Positions 52,331 to 62,181 of a stretch of DNA of 64,000 nt are shown piece after piece. The notes under the pieces were generated by a model. It saw only the letters and a list, made by a program, of their open reading frames with translations, did not search any database and was not told the origin of the DNA. Source of the stretch: Bacteroidales bacterium (GTDB lineage Bacteria; Bacteroidota; Bacteroidia; Bacteroidales; UBA932); the NCBI GenBank assembly GCA_016282145.1, contig JAEEJZ010000079.1, forward strand, positions 7,327 to 71,326, read 5' to 3'. The first letter of the stretch is position 1. Each line of letters begins with the position of its first letter. The position numbers were made by a program, and so were the translations under genes.

Positions 52331-54922
52331 TTAAAATTGTTGTCCGATAACGAAGTGGAACTGGCTCTTTCCGTGGGTAGGATCATCGAAGCCCCAACCC
52401 CAGTCAACACCGAGCAGACCGATCATCGGGAGGAAGATACGCACGCCCAGACCCGCGCTCCGCTTGATTTGGAAGGGATTGAAGTCGCGGATGTCGGACC
52501 AGCAGTTTCCTCCTTCGAGGAAGGCCAGCACGAAGATGGTGGAAGTCGGCTGGAGGATCACCGGATAGCGGAGTTCCACAGTAAATTTGTCATATACGTT
52601 TCCGTTGTAGGAATAGCCGTTGCTGTTGTAGGCGGTGAGGTTCTGCGGAGTCAGGGAATAGTTCTCGTAACCGCGCAGGGAGATGACCTCGGAGCCGTAG
52701 GTGTTGTAACCCGACATACCGTCACCGCCCACGAGGAAGCCTTCGAAAGGAGAATAGCCCCAGTTGCGGTTGTAGTAGCCCAGGTAACCGAACTGGGCGC
52801 GGGTCATCAGCACCAGGTCGCCCACCAGTTTGGTGTAGGTGGTCGCGGAGAATTTCCATTTGTGATACTCGATCCAGCGATAGCGGTTCTGGGCCGTCCA
52901 GTTGTCGTAATCGACATCCCGCCAACTCTTCACGGGCACCCTCTTCCCGTTGTCGTCGTAATCGTAACGGCGGAAGAGGGAGAAGGGCGGGGTGAGCGAC
53001 AGGGACATCGAGATGTCGGAGCCCTGGCGGGGATAGATCTGCTGGTCGGTGGAATTACGCGACAGGCTGATGGTATAACTGATGTTGTTCGAAGTTCCGG
53101 TATCAAAGATGAAGTAGCCCGAATACCAGTTGGTCAGGCGGTAGGTCTGCCAGCTGAGGCCGTTGTAAAGCACGAAGAAGTTATCCGGCCATTTGAGGCG
53201 GGTACCCAGCGACGCGGAGAAGCCGAAGACCTCGAACTGCTTGTCGTCGTTGAAGATGTTGAGGACGATATTGGAATTGGTCTGGCGGGTGTAATAGGCG
53301 GCCAGGTTCAGCGAGGTCGGCTTCTTGCCGAAGAGCCAGGGCTCGGTAAAGTTCGCAGAAAGCGCAGTGTAGTAGGTACCGTTGGTCTGGAAACGGAAAG
53401 AGAGGTTCTGCGCATCGCCCAGGGGAACGGGACGCCAGGCGCTCTTGTCGAAGAAACGGCGCGTGGAGAAGTTGTTGAAACTCACGCCGACGGTCGCGAC
53501 GAAGGTCTTGCCGCCCCAGCCGCCGGAAAGTTCCAGCTGGCTGGAAGGTTTCTCCGTCACGTTATAGACCAAGTCCACCGTATTGGTCAACTGGTTGGGG
53601 ATGATGGAGTAGCCGGTCGTGGGATTCATGATGGCTTCCGGGTCGAACTGGCCCAGGGAAGCGATTTCACGCACGGAACGCTCGAAGTCCGTCTGGCTGA
53701 ACAGATAGCCGGGACGGGTGAAGACCTGGCGGCGCACCACCCGTTCGTTGGTCAGGTCATTGCCGTTGATGATGATATTGTTGAGCGTCGCCTGCTTGCC
53801 TTCGGAGATGCGCATCTCCACATCGACGGTATCGTTCTGGATATTGGTCTCGACAGGGTTGAGGTTGAAGAAGAGGTAACCATTGTCGCGATACAGTTTG
53901 GAAACGTCGTATTCCCCCTGCTTCCCGCCGCCGAAGAGGCGCTTCTGCATCGTCACCATATCGTAGATATCGCCCTTCTTGATGGAGAGCACGTTATTGA
54001 GCACCTCGGTGGGATAGACGGAATTGCCGGTCCAGCTGATGTCGCCGAAGTAGTATTTCTTGCCCTGTTCCAGATAGAGGTCGATGCCGAGCCTCTTCTT
54101 TCCCTGCTGGGTATAGACGTAATAGATGGAATCCTTCACCAGCCGCGCATCGCGGAAACCCGCTTCATTGAAGGCGCTGATCAGGGATTTCTTGTCGTTG
54201 ATGTACTCTTTCTCGTTGAACTTCTTGCTGTTGAAGAAATTGTACCATTTCGCGGACTTGGTCTTCTTCATCGAGCGGGAGAGTTTGAAATCCTTCAATT
54301 CCTTTTCGCCGATGAAATTGATGGTCTTGACCTTGATCTTCTCGCCCTTGTCGATGTCGAAGTTGACGCGGATGGCGCTGCGCACCATGGTATCCCGCAC
54401 CACCTGCGCCCTGACGTCGCAGAGCAGGAATCCCTTCTCCGCATAGTAGCGCTTGATGATGTCCGCACAGGTCTTCTCGACGTATTCGGAAAACTCCCCG
54501 CCGCGGCGCAGTTTCAGGCGTTCCTGGAGGTCCTTTTTCTCTCCGGAGCGGACGCCGCTGAAGGTCCAGCGCGAAACGCGGGGACGCTCGGTGATACAGA
54601 CCTTGAACCAGGCGGTGTCGCCGGCGGCGTTGGTATGGTCGATTTCAAAGGAAATGTCTTCGAAGAAGCGCTGCATCCAGAGCCTTCGCACGATGGATGA
54701 AGTCTCCTCGCTGGGAACCGTCAGTTCCCTGCCGACGCTGAGGCCCGTGAGCTGCAGGATCTGCTCGGAACGGAAATACTGGTTGCCTTCTACGGAAAGA
54801 CCGCCGATGACATAGGTCCTGGGATGCGCATAATCCACCTCAATGCCTTTCTCATCAGCACGAAGCGGCAGCGACCCCGCAAGGGCAGCCCATATCGTCA
54901 GCGCAAACAGTATCCTTCTCAT
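52331..54922 (-). CDS. bamA: Outer-membrane protein assembly factor BamA
   Basis: ORF 52331..54997. The ATG at 54922 gives MRRILFALTIWAALAGSLPLRA. POTRA repeats and an Omp85 barrel ending ...FHFVIGQQF follow. It sits in a uppS-bamA-skp arrangement. Confidence 0.93.
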   Translation of the reverse strand: MRRILFALTIWAALAGSLPLRADEKGIEVDYAHPRTYVIGGLSVEGNQYFRSEQILQLTGLSVGRELTVPSEETSSIVRRLWMQRFFEDISFEIDHTNAAGDTAWFKVCITERPRVSRWTFSGVRSGEKKDLQERLKLRRGGEFSEYVEKTCADIIKRYYAEKGFLLCDVRAQVVRDTMVRSAIRVNFDIDKGEKIKVKTINFIGEKELKDFKLSRSMKKTKSAKWYNFFNSKKFNEKEYINDKKSLISAFNEAGFRDARLVKDSIYYVYTQQGKKRLGIDLYLEQGKKYYFGDISWTGNSVYPTEVLNNVLSIKKGDIYDMVTMQKRLFGGGKQGEYDVSKLYRDNGYLFFNLNPVETNIQNDTVDVEMRISEGKQATLNNIIINGNDLTNERVVRRQVFTRPGYLFSQTDFERSVREIASLGQFDPEAIMNPTTGYSIIPNQLTNTVDLVYNVTEKPSSQLELSGGWGGKTFVATVGVSFNNFSTRRFFDKSAWRPVPLGDAQNLSFRFQTNGTYYTALSANFTEPWLFGKKPTSLNLAAYYTRQTNSNIVLNIFNDDKQFEVFGFSASLGTRLKWPDNFFVLYNGLSWQTYRLTNWYSGYFIFDTGTSNNISYTISLSRNSTDQQIYPRQGSDISMSLSLTPPFSLFRRYDYDDNGKRVPVKSWRDVDYDNWTAQNRYRWIEYHKWKFSATTYTKLVGDLVLMTRAQFGYLGYYNRNWGYSPFEGFLVGGDGMSGYNTYGSEVISLRGYENYSLTPQNLTAYNSNGYSYNGNVYDKFTVELRYPVILQPTSTIFVLAFLEGGNCWSDIRDFNPFQIKRSAGLGVRIFLPMIGLLGVDWGWGFDDPTHGKSQFHFVIGQQF

Positions 54923-54933
54923 CTGCAAGGGTG

Positions 54934-54941
54934 CAAATATA
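54934..54941 (-). promoter_or_regulatory. Candidate -7-type box TATATTTG (minus strand) upstream of bamA
   Basis: The plus strand reads CAAATATA, 11 nt upstream of the ATG at 54922, in the 34-nt gap between uppS and bamA. Confidence 0.4.
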
Positions 54942-54956
54942 ACAAATATTTCCCTA

Positions 54957-55667
54957 TTACGTTTTAATTTTTCCGTAGCGGCGGTCCCGCTGCGCATAAC
55001 AGGCGATGGCCTCCATCAGGGCTTCCTTCCGAAAATCGGGCCAAAGCGTATCGGTGAAGACGAATTCGGTGTAGGCGCACTGCCAGAGCAGGTAATTGGA
55101 AAGGCGCTCCTCGCCGGAAGTGCGGATGAGCAGGTCGGGATCGGGGACGCCGGCCGTGACGAGCTGCGCGGAAAAATCATCGGCCGAAGGCACGAAAGCA
55201 GGATCGGCGGCCATCTTCGCCGCAATCTTCTTCGAAGCCTGCAAAATATCCCACTGGCCGCTGTAACTGACGAAGAGGATCAGGGTGATGCGGGCCCCCG
55301 CCTCGGTAGCCTCCTCCACCTCGTCGATGAGCGCGTTGAGTTTGGCGGAGAGCCGCGCCCGGTTGCCCAGCACCCGCAGGTGGACGCCGTTCTCGATGAG
55401 GTCCTGCTTTTCGCCGAGCAGGGATTTGGCGAACAGTTCCATCAGCGCGGAAACCTCCTGCTCGGGACGGTTCCAGTTTTCCTCCGAAAAGGCATAGAGC
55501 GAAAGGTAGCGCACTCCGGCATCCGCGGCGGCGCGGACGACCTCGCGGACGCTCCTCACCCCCTCGATATGCCCTTCCACCCGGTTCTTGCCCCGGAGTT
55601 TCGCCCATCGGCCGTTGCCGTCCATAATGATGGAGATGTGCTGCGGAATACGGGTCTGATTTTCCAT
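54957..55667 (-). CDS. uppS: Di-trans,poly-cis-undecaprenyl-diphosphate synthase
   Basis: 236-aa ORF with HISIIMDGNGRWA, the LSLYAFSEENWNRP region and RTSGEERLSNYLLWQ. Confidence 0.93.
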   Translation of the reverse strand: MENQTRIPQHISIIMDGNGRWAKLRGKNRVEGHIEGVRSVREVVRAAADAGVRYLSLYAFSEENWNRPEQEVSALMELFAKSLLGEKQDLIENGVHLRVLGNRARLSAKLNALIDEVEEATEAGARITLILFVSYSGQWDILQASKKIAAKMAADPAFVPSADDFSAQLVTAGVPDPDLLIRTSGEERLSNYLLWQCAYTEFVFTDTLWPDFRKEALMEAIACYAQRDRRYGKIKT

Positions 55668-55672
55668 GGTTT

Positions 55673-56515
55673 CTATCGTTGTTCGCCGGAATTGCGGATA
55701 TCGCCGCCCCAGAGCAGCCGGCTCTTGAGGGCCCCGATGAAATCGGTCTTCCCGGCATTGACGCGCTTCGCCCTGAGCGGAGCCGCACCGAGCCTGATGC
55801 GCGTACCGGAGGGAAGCATATAACTCTTGTTGTCCATCGTGAACATGACGTTGCCGCTGCGTGCCTGCAGGGAAATGCCGATTTCGGTATGCAGGGGGAC
55901 GATCAGCGGGCGCACGTTGAGGTTGTGCGGCGATACGGGAGAGACGATCAGGATCTCCGTATCCGGCAGGCAGATGGGGCCGCCGACGCTCAGGGAATAG
56001 GCGGTGGAACCGGTGCTCGTGGAGACCAGCAGGCCGTCCGCCCAGTAGGTCGGCAGTTTCTCGCAGCCCACCGTCACGTCGATGCCCAGCATCGCGCCGC
56101 CGCAGCGCGTCACGCTCATATCGTTGAGCGCATAGGGCCAGAACGGCGTTTCCGGGAGGAAAGGGGTATCGCCCTCGTCCCGGAACGACACTTCGAGCAT
56201 CGCGCGCTCTTCCACGCAGTATTTGCCGGAAAGCAGCAGGGCGGCGATATCGTCGGCGCCGGTTTCGGAAAGGAAGCCCATCCGTCCCATGTTTACGCCG
56301 AGCACGGGGACGCCGGCTCCGGCGGCGATGCGGGTCGCGTCCAGGAAGGTCCCGTCCCCGCCGATGCTGAGCAGCATCTGCATCTCAGGCTGGAGTCCGT
56401 CCGCCGAGCGGACTTCGACAAGCCCGATCCCGGAGGCTTTCAGGCGGGAAAGCAGCGCCTCCACGCGGGCATCCGTGCGTAGGGCTTCGTTCTTAATGAA
56501 ATAGCCGATTTTCAT
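55673..56515 (-). CDS. nadK: NAD kinase
   Basis: ORF 55673..56536. The ATG at 56515 gives MKIGYFIKNE. Motifs are GGDGTFL, GVNMGRMGFL and STGSTAYSLS. Confidence 0.88.
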   Translation of the reverse strand: MKIGYFIKNEALRTDARVEALLSRLKASGIGLVEVRSADGLQPEMQMLLSIGGDGTFLDATRIAAGAGVPVLGVNMGRMGFLSETGADDIAALLLSGKYCVEERAMLEVSFRDEGDTPFLPETPFWPYALNDMSVTRCGGAMLGIDVTVGCEKLPTYWADGLLVSTSTGSTAYSLSVGGPICLPDTEILIVSPVSPHNLNVRPLIVPLHTEIGISLQARSGNVMFTMDNKSYMLPSGTRIRLGAAPLRAKRVNAGKTDFIGALKSRLLWGGDIRNSGEQR

Positions 56516-56524
56516 ACCAAATTT

Positions 56525-56532
56525 CAAATTTA
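56525..56532 (-). promoter_or_regulatory. Candidate -7-type box TAAATTTG (minus strand) for nadK
   Basis: The plus strand reads CAAATTTA, 9 nt upstream of the ATG at 56515. Confidence 0.4.
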
Positions 56533-56566
56533 GCACTTTTCTTATAATTATTGCGTGTTTTTTGAC

Positions 56567-56574
56567 TACTTTTG
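56567..56574 (+). promoter_or_regulatory. Candidate -7-type box TACTTTTG for pdxJ
   Basis: Matches TAnnTTTG, 6 nt upstream of the ATG at 56581. Confidence 0.45.
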
Positions 56575-56580
56575 CGCATT

Positions 56581-57300
56581 ATGACCCAACTGAGCGTCAA
56601 TATCAACAAAATCGCCACCCTTCGCAATGCCCGCGGGGGGAACCGGCCCGATGTGGTGCAGGCGGCCCTGGACTGCGAGCGCTTCGGCGCGCAGGGCATT
56701 ACCGTCCATCCCCGACCCGACGAGCGCCATATCCGCTATGCCGATGTCAAGCCTCTCCGCTCCGCCATCAAGACGGAATTCAACATCGAAGGGAATCCCA
56801 TCCCCAGTTTTATCGACCTGGTCTGCGCCGTGCGGCCGGAACAGGTCACCCTGGTGCCCGATGCCCCGAACGTAATCACCTCGAACGCCGGATGGAACAC
56901 CGTGACGAGCCGGGAATTCCTGACCGAGACCTGTGCACTGTTCAAGGAAGCAGGCATCCGGGTCTCCATTTTCGTCGATCCGGACCCTGAGATGGTGCGG
57001 GGAGCGCTCGCTTGCGGAGCGGACCGCGTGGAGCTGTACACCGCGTCGTACGCCGAGCATTATGCTGCGGACCGCGATGCCGCCGTCGCCCCCTATGTCC
57101 GGGCGGCCGAAGCAGCGCGCGAATGCGGCCTGGGGCTCAATGCCGGACACGACCTGAGCCTCGAGAACCTTTCCTGGTACATCCGCAACATCCCCTGGAC
57201 GGACGAGGTGTCCATCGGGCACGCCCTCATCTGCGATGCGCTGTACATGGGCTTGGAACGCAGCATCGGCGAATATCTTGACCGAATCAGAAATTATTGA
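56581..57300 (+). CDS. pdxJ: Pyridoxine 5'-phosphate synthase
   Basis: ORF 56572..57300. The ATG at 56581 gives [33 protein letters not shown] and GHDL motifs are present. Confidence 0.93.
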   Translation: MTQLSVNINKIATLRNARGGNRPDVVQAALDCERFGAQGITVHPRPDERHIRYADVKPLRSAIKTEFNIEGNPIPSFIDLVCAVRPEQVTLVPDAPNVITSNAGWNTVTSREFLTETCALFKEAGIRVSIFVDPDPEMVRGALACGADRVELYTASYAEHYAADRDAAVAPYVRAAEAARECGLGLNAGHDLSLENLSWYIRNIPWTDEVSIGHALICDALYMGLERSIGEYLDRIRNY

Positions 57301-57301
57301 T

Positions 57302-57309
57302 TATATTTG
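57302..57309 (+). promoter_or_regulatory. Candidate -7-type box TATATTTG for the second ompH-like gene
   Basis: Exact TAnnTTTG match, 5 nt upstream of the ATG at 57315 and 1 nt after the pdxJ stop. Confidence 0.45.
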
Positions 57310-57314
57310 CATTT

Positions 57315-57935
57315 ATGAAAAAGTTACCCCTTATTTTGAGCATTTGCGCCCTCGTCGTGGCGATTGTCGCCTGCGTATTTTCCCTGACGGGCGGAGAGAA
57401 GAAGGCCGCCAAGGCCGACGAAGCAGCGGAGACCGAGGGAATTCCTGCGGGCTCCATCGTCTATTTCGACTTTGACCGTGTGCTGGAAGAGTACGATATG
57501 GCCAACGACCTGCGCAACAACCTGCAGACCAAGATGCAGAACGTGGAGCAGGAACTGAAGAAGAAGCAGAACCGCATCGAGCGGGACCAGAAGACCTTCC
57601 AGGACAAGATGAACAAGGGCATCCTGACCACCTCCACCGCCAACGAGCAGTACCAGCGCCTGCAGCAGCAGGCCGCCGCCTTCCAGGAGGAAGCCGCCAA
57701 GAAGCAGCAGGAGATGGCCGAGGAGCAGCAGGTGATGATGAACCAGCTCACCGATGCGGTCAAAACCTTCGTGGACAGCTACAACGAGGAGAAGGGCTAC
57801 GATATGATCCTGGCCTACCAGATGCAGCTGAACATGCCCTATCCGCTGGTGACCGCCACGCCTGCCCTTGACATCACCGACGAGATCATCGCCGGCCTGA
57901 ATGCCGAGTACGCCCAGAGCAAGGCCAGCAAGTGA
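57315..57935 (+). CDS. OmpH/Skp-family protein (second paralog)
   Basis: ORF 57297..57935. The ATG at 57315 gives MKKLPLILSICALVVAIVAC. A Gln/Glu/Lys-rich coiled-coil typical of the OmpH family follows. Confidence 0.8.
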   Translation: MKKLPLILSICALVVAIVACVFSLTGGEKKAAKADEAAETEGIPAGSIVYFDFDRVLEEYDMANDLRNNLQTKMQNVEQELKKKQNRIERDQKTFQDKMNKGILTTSTANEQYQRLQQQAAAFQEEAAKKQQEMAEEQQVMMNQLTDAVKTFVDSYNEEKGYDMILAYQMQLNMPYPLVTATPALDITDEIIAGLNAEYAQSKASK

Positions 57936-59053
57936 GAATCGCCATTCTCTCCTGTTTTCATCCCTACAGGGGAGGAATCGCCCAGTTCAACGCCGGAATC
58001 TTTGCGGAGTTGGGCCGGGCGCATCAGGTAAAGGCCTTTAACTTCAAGCGCCAGTATCCCTCGCTGCTTTTCCCGGGCAAGACCCAGTATGTCACGGAGC
58101 AGGACGAGGCGCTTCCGGTACCCTCCGAAGCCGTCCTCGACACCATCAACCCCCTGACCTGGATCCGGACCGCCCGTAAGATACGGAAATGGCAGCCGGA
58201 TATCCTGATCCTGCGCTATTGGATGCCCTTCTTCGCCCCCTCCCTCGGCTTCGTGGCCCGGAGGATGAAAGCCGGCGTGAAGGTCATCGGCATCCTGGAC
58301 AATGTCATTCCGCACGAGCGCCGTCCCTTTGACGGCCTGCTTACGCGCTACTTCCTCTCCGGGCTGGACGGGGCCGTCACCCTCTGCGAGGAGGTGGGGA
58401 AAGACCTCAAGGCACTGCGCGGCACGCTGCCGCATACCGTGCTTCCGCACCCCGTCTATACGCATTTCGGGGAGAAACTGTCCCGCGCCGAGGCGGAAGC
58501 CTCGCTCGGCTTGCTGCCGGGCAGGAAGAACCTGCTCTTTTTCGGGCTCATCCGGGAATACAAGGGACTGGACATCCTGATCGAGGCCTTTTCGCAACTG
58601 GATGACAGTTATCAGTTGATCGTCGCCGGGGAACCTTACGGCTCCTTCGAGAAATACCAGAAACTCATCGATGCCTGCCCCGGGAAAGAGCGGATCCGGC
58701 TCTATCCGGAGTACATCCGCGATTCGGAGGTAAAACGCTGGTTTTCCGCCGCCGATGTGGTCGTCCTCCCCTACCGGAGCGCCACGCAGAGCGGCGTCAG
58801 TTCGGTTTCCTACCATTTTGAAGTCCCGATGATCGTCACGGCCGTCGGCGGGCTGGAAGAAGCCATCGGCAAACGCGGCACGGGAATTGTCGCGTCGGAG
58901 ATCAGTCCTGCGGGCATCGTTTCCTGCATCGAACGCTATTTCGCATCGCCGCAGCTGCAGGAACAGTGCCGGGAAGCCATCCGCGCCGAGAAGGAGCGCC
59001 TGGGCTGGGAGAAATTTTGCAAGGACCTTATCGCATTCGCACAAACGCTATGA
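57932..59053 (+). CDS. Glycosyltransferase, GT4-like (GT-B fold)
   Basis: 373-aa ORF. Its GTG start overlaps the ompH stop (GTGA). The C-terminal half carries LLFFGLIREYKGLD and the E-x7-E-like region YRSATQSGVSSVSYHFEVPMIVT. Confidence 0.75.
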   Translation: MRIAILSCFHPYRGGIAQFNAGIFAELGRAHQVKAFNFKRQYPSLLFPGKTQYVTEQDEALPVPSEAVLDTINPLTWIRTARKIRKWQPDILILRYWMPFFAPSLGFVARRMKAGVKVIGILDNVIPHERRPFDGLLTRYFLSGLDGAVTLCEEVGKDLKALRGTLPHTVLPHPVYTHFGEKLSRAEAEASLGLLPGRKNLLFFGLIREYKGLDILIEAFSQLDDSYQLIVAGEPYGSFEKYQKLIDACPGKERIRLYPEYIRDSEVKRWFSAADVVVLPYRSATQSGVSSVSYHFEVPMIVTAVGGLEEAIGKRGTGIVASEISPAGIVSCIERYFASPQLQEQCREAIRAEKERLGWEKFCKDLIAFAQTL

Positions 59054-60240
59054 AAGGCAAATGGGTCATATCCGCGCTGGTGCTGCTTGCTTTTTCGCAG
59101 GTGGCCTGCGCGCAGTTGAAACTCTTCCCCGCGAAGGGAAAGCAGGAAATCCTGGACACCACCCGTATGGCGGGCAAGGACAGCGTGGCCGTCGCAGCTG
59201 CTGACAGCGTGGCCGCCGCGCCGGTATTCACGCCGCCCTCGACGGTGAAGGTGCAACTGAGGCTCCCGCTGGACGGCAGTGCCGAGCGGAAAGCCGGCTA
59301 TATGAATTTCTACGAAGGTTTTCTGCTGGGTGTCCGGCAGGCCGCTTCGGAAGGCATCCAGGTGGATTTGGAAGCGACGGAATGCGGCGCGGCCGCTCCC
59401 CGGGAGACAGACGGTTTTCACCTGGTGGTGGATGCCGCGCCCGTACAGCAATTGCTTCGCGAAAACAGGGCCGGATGGACGGTGGTTCCCCTGGAGACCG
59501 AAACCGAACAGCTCTGCGATTCCTGCCAGGTCGCGCTCATTCCGGGCGGCTGGCAGACGCGTACCGCCGAACTGGCGCGCTGGATCCGCGAGGACTGGAA
59601 GCCGTGGGACAAACTCTTCGTCCTGGCCCCGGGCACGGACCCCAAGACCGAATTCCTGAAAAAGGCACTGAAAGACAAAGGCTTGTCATTCACACAATTG
59701 GGGAATGATTATCCTCATCAGAATTACGAGAGCATCCGCGGGACAGCCCGCTTCGTCCTGGTGGCCGAAGACCCGGGCTATACCGCCTCGGTGGTCAATT
59801 TCCTCTCCGGGCCGGTCAAGCTGAAGAAAGCGGAGACCGTATTCTACTGCTCCTCGAAGGTCCGCTCCTATGCCCGGCGCTTCGAGGAAGATGCCCTGAG
59901 CAATGCCAATACCCGGATGGTGAGTTCCTACTGCGTGGATTATACCGAGCCGCAGGTCGACAGTTTCATCCTGGATTTCCGGCACTATTACGGCGCGGAG
60001 CCCAACCAGTTCGCCTTCCACGGTTATGATACCGCCCTTTACTTCCTCCGGCTCGCTTCCCTTTACGGGGAGCAATGGGCGCTGGGGCTGGAAAAGGACG
60101 CGACCCCGGCGCAGGGGCTGCTGACCGACTTCCGTTTCCGGCACGAGAACGGCGGGAAAGGACTGGTCAATACCGCCTTCCGGAGAATCACCTATGCTGC
60201 TGATTTAAGCGAGACCGTGGAGTCAGTGTACGCCCAATAG
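59050..60240 (+). CDS. Secreted protein, possibly with a periplasmic-binding-protein type 1 fold; function unknown
   Basis: ORF 58966..60240. The ATG at 59050 (ATGA overlap with the GT stop) gives MKGKWVISALVLLAFSQVACAQ, a signal peptide. The fold suggestion is from general sequence character only. Confidence 0.45.
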   Translation: MKGKWVISALVLLAFSQVACAQLKLFPAKGKQEILDTTRMAGKDSVAVAAADSVAAAPVFTPPSTVKVQLRLPLDGSAERKAGYMNFYEGFLLGVRQAASEGIQVDLEATECGAAAPRETDGFHLVVDAAPVQQLLRENRAGWTVVPLETETEQLCDSCQVALIPGGWQTRTAELARWIREDWKPWDKLFVLAPGTDPKTEFLKKALKDKGLSFTQLGNDYPHQNYESIRGTARFVLVAEDPGYTASVVNFLSGPVKLKKAETVFYCSSKVRSYARRFEEDALSNANTRMVSSYCVDYTEPQVDSFILDFRHYYGAEPNQFAFHGYDTALYFLRLASLYGEQWALGLEKDATPAQGLLTDFRFRHENGGKGLVNTAFRRITYAADLSETVESVYAQ

Positions 60241-61818
60241 CGATTTGGCGTTGGCTACGGCTTCCGGTGTAATGGACGCACCGCTGAGCAGGCGGGCGAT
60301 TTCCTGAATGCGGGCCTCCGGGTCCGCTTTTTTGATGTGGCTGACCGCTCCCCCGTCCGGGAGCAGTTCCTTGCTGACGATAAAATGTGCCTCTCCCTTG
60401 GCCGCCACCTGCGGAAGATGCGTGATGGCCATCACCTGCGCGTGTTCTCCCATAGTACAGATCATCGCGCCCATCTTGTCGGCGACGCTGCCGGAGACTC
60501 CGGTATCGATTTCGTCAAAGATGAGGGTGGGCATCCCACGGAACTCAGACATCAAGGCCTTGAGGCAAAGCATAATGCGGGAAAGTTCGCCGCCCGATGC
60601 ACAGCGGGCCAGGGGCGCGGGCGTCCCGCCGTGGGCGGAAAACACCAGTTGCAGGGCATCCCGGCCCGTAGCACCCGGCTCCGCAGGGCTGAGCTGCGCC
60701 TCGAAGACAGCCCGTTCGAGTTCCAGGTAACGCAGGTCCCCGGCGATGCGCTCCGCGAAGCGGGGGGCCGCCTGGGCGCGCAGTTCCGACAGCCGGTCCG
60801 CCGCAGCCTCATATTCGCGGCGCAGTTGCGAGACCTTATCTTGCAGAACGGCAATCTGCTCATCCAGATGGCCGCTGCCTTCCAGGCGATTTTCCAGTTC
60901 CTTCTGCTGCGCGCACAGTTCCTCCACCGTCCGGCAACCGAAGCGCTGGAACAGGGAATAAATCTTGGAAATCCGGTTTTCTACGGCCTCCAGGCGGCTT
61001 TCGGAGACATCGACGGAAGCCTCCAACTGCTCCAGGGTGGCGACGATGTCATCAATCTCGATACGGGCCGATGCGAGCCTTTCGCCCAGGGCCTCCGTCT
61101 CGGGAAGGAGTTCGTGGATGTGCGAGAGTTTGCGTTCCGCCTCCCGCAGGGCCCGGGTATCGGGCAGTCCCGACGCTTCGGAGAGCGCCTGCTTGATCTG
61201 CTCCGCATGGGCGAGCCGCTTCTGCTCCTCTTCGAGTTCTTCCAACTCCCCTTCGCGCAGGGCCGCCTCCTGCAGTTGCGCCAGGCGTGCCTGGTCGTAA
61301 TCGCTGCGCTGCAGCCCCTCTTCGCGCTCGCGCTGCAGACGGAACAGTTCCGCCTCGGCCGCCCACATCTCCTTGAAGGCCTGTGCGCAGGCTGCCCGCT
61401 CCCCTTCCGCTCCGGCGAAACTGTCGAGTACGGAAAGCTGATAGGCGGAACTCGTGAGCAGCAGGCTGCTGTGCTGGGAATGAATGTCGAAAAGTTCGGC
61501 GCAAACCTGCTCCAACTGCTGCTGGGGCACCGGCTCGTCATTGATGAAGCAGCGGGAACGGCCCGAGCGGGACAGGGTCCGGCGCACGATCAGTTCCTCC
61601 CCGCCCTCCCGCGAGAACTCCGCCTCCACGACGCAGGAATCCGCGCCGGGAGAGATTTTGCTTGCATCCCCCTTGGCTCCGGAAAGCAGGGAAAGGGCGC
61701 CGAGCAGAATGGATTTGCCCGCGCCGGTGGCTCCGGTTATGATGATAAGACCCTCCGGGAACTGAATGTCCAGAGAGTCTATCAGGATAAAATTTTTAAC
61801 GTAGAGGGAACGCAGCAT
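60223..61818 (-). CDS. recN: DNA repair protein RecN
   Basis: 531-aa ORF. The N-terminus is LYVKNFILIDSLDIQFPEGLIIITGATGAGKSIL (Walker A). A long coiled-coil follows, then a C-terminal SGGELSRIMLCLK signature and LIFDEIDTG (Walker B). Confidence 0.92.
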   Translation of the reverse strand: MLRSLYVKNFILIDSLDIQFPEGLIIITGATGAGKSILLGALSLLSGAKGDASKISPGADSCVVEAEFSREGGEELIVRRTLSRSGRSRCFINDEPVPQQQLEQVCAELFDIHSQHSSLLLTSSAYQLSVLDSFAGAEGERAACAQAFKEMWAAEAELFRLQREREEGLQRSDYDQARLAQLQEAALREGELEELEEEQKRLAHAEQIKQALSEASGLPDTRALREAERKLSHIHELLPETEALGERLASARIEIDDIVATLEQLEASVDVSESRLEAVENRISKIYSLFQRFGCRTVEELCAQQKELENRLEGSGHLDEQIAVLQDKVSQLRREYEAAADRLSELRAQAAPRFAERIAGDLRYLELERAVFEAQLSPAEPGATGRDALQLVFSAHGGTPAPLARCASGGELSRIMLCLKALMSEFRGMPTLIFDEIDTGVSGSVADKMGAMICTMGEHAQVMAITHLPQVAAKGEAHFIVSKELLPDGGAVSHIKKADPEARIQEIARLLSGASITPEAVANAKSLLGVH

Positions 61819-61824
61819 CCGCGA

Positions 61825-62148
61825 CTACTTGGCGGTGTCGTCCGTGTTGGCGACGCGGTAGTAGAGTTCGTCGTTCTCGAACTCGGAAATGGCCACGAGG
61901 TCGGGTTTGGGCTGGCGCTCGTAGTATTTGGAGATTTCAATCTGCTCCTTGTTCTCGAAAACCTCTTCCATCGTATCGCGCTCGCTGCGGAAGTCTTCGA
62001 GCTTGGCAGAGAGTTCCTTCTTCTCCGCCAGGGCAATCTGGTTGGCCCGCTTGGAGAGGATGACGACGGATTCATAAATGTTGCCCGTAGGGGCGGCGAG
62101 ACGCTTGACGTCCCGCGTAATGGTGTTTACAGGTATTTTCTTTTCCAT
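61825..62148 (-). CDS. Small conserved protein, RNA polymerase omega (Rpb6)-like
   Basis: 107-aa ORF. NIYESVVILSKRANQI resembles the omega/Rpb6 core. As I recall, a gene of this kind sits next to bamD in Bacteroidota. Confidence 0.5.
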   Translation of the reverse strand: MEKKIPVNTITRDVKRLAAPTGNIYESVVILSKRANQIALAEKKELSAKLEDFRSERDTMEEVFENKEQIEISKYYERQPKPDLVAISEFENDELYYRVANTDDTAK

Positions 62149-62181
62149 ACTTCTATTACGGGAGCTTTCCGGCGGAAAGTT

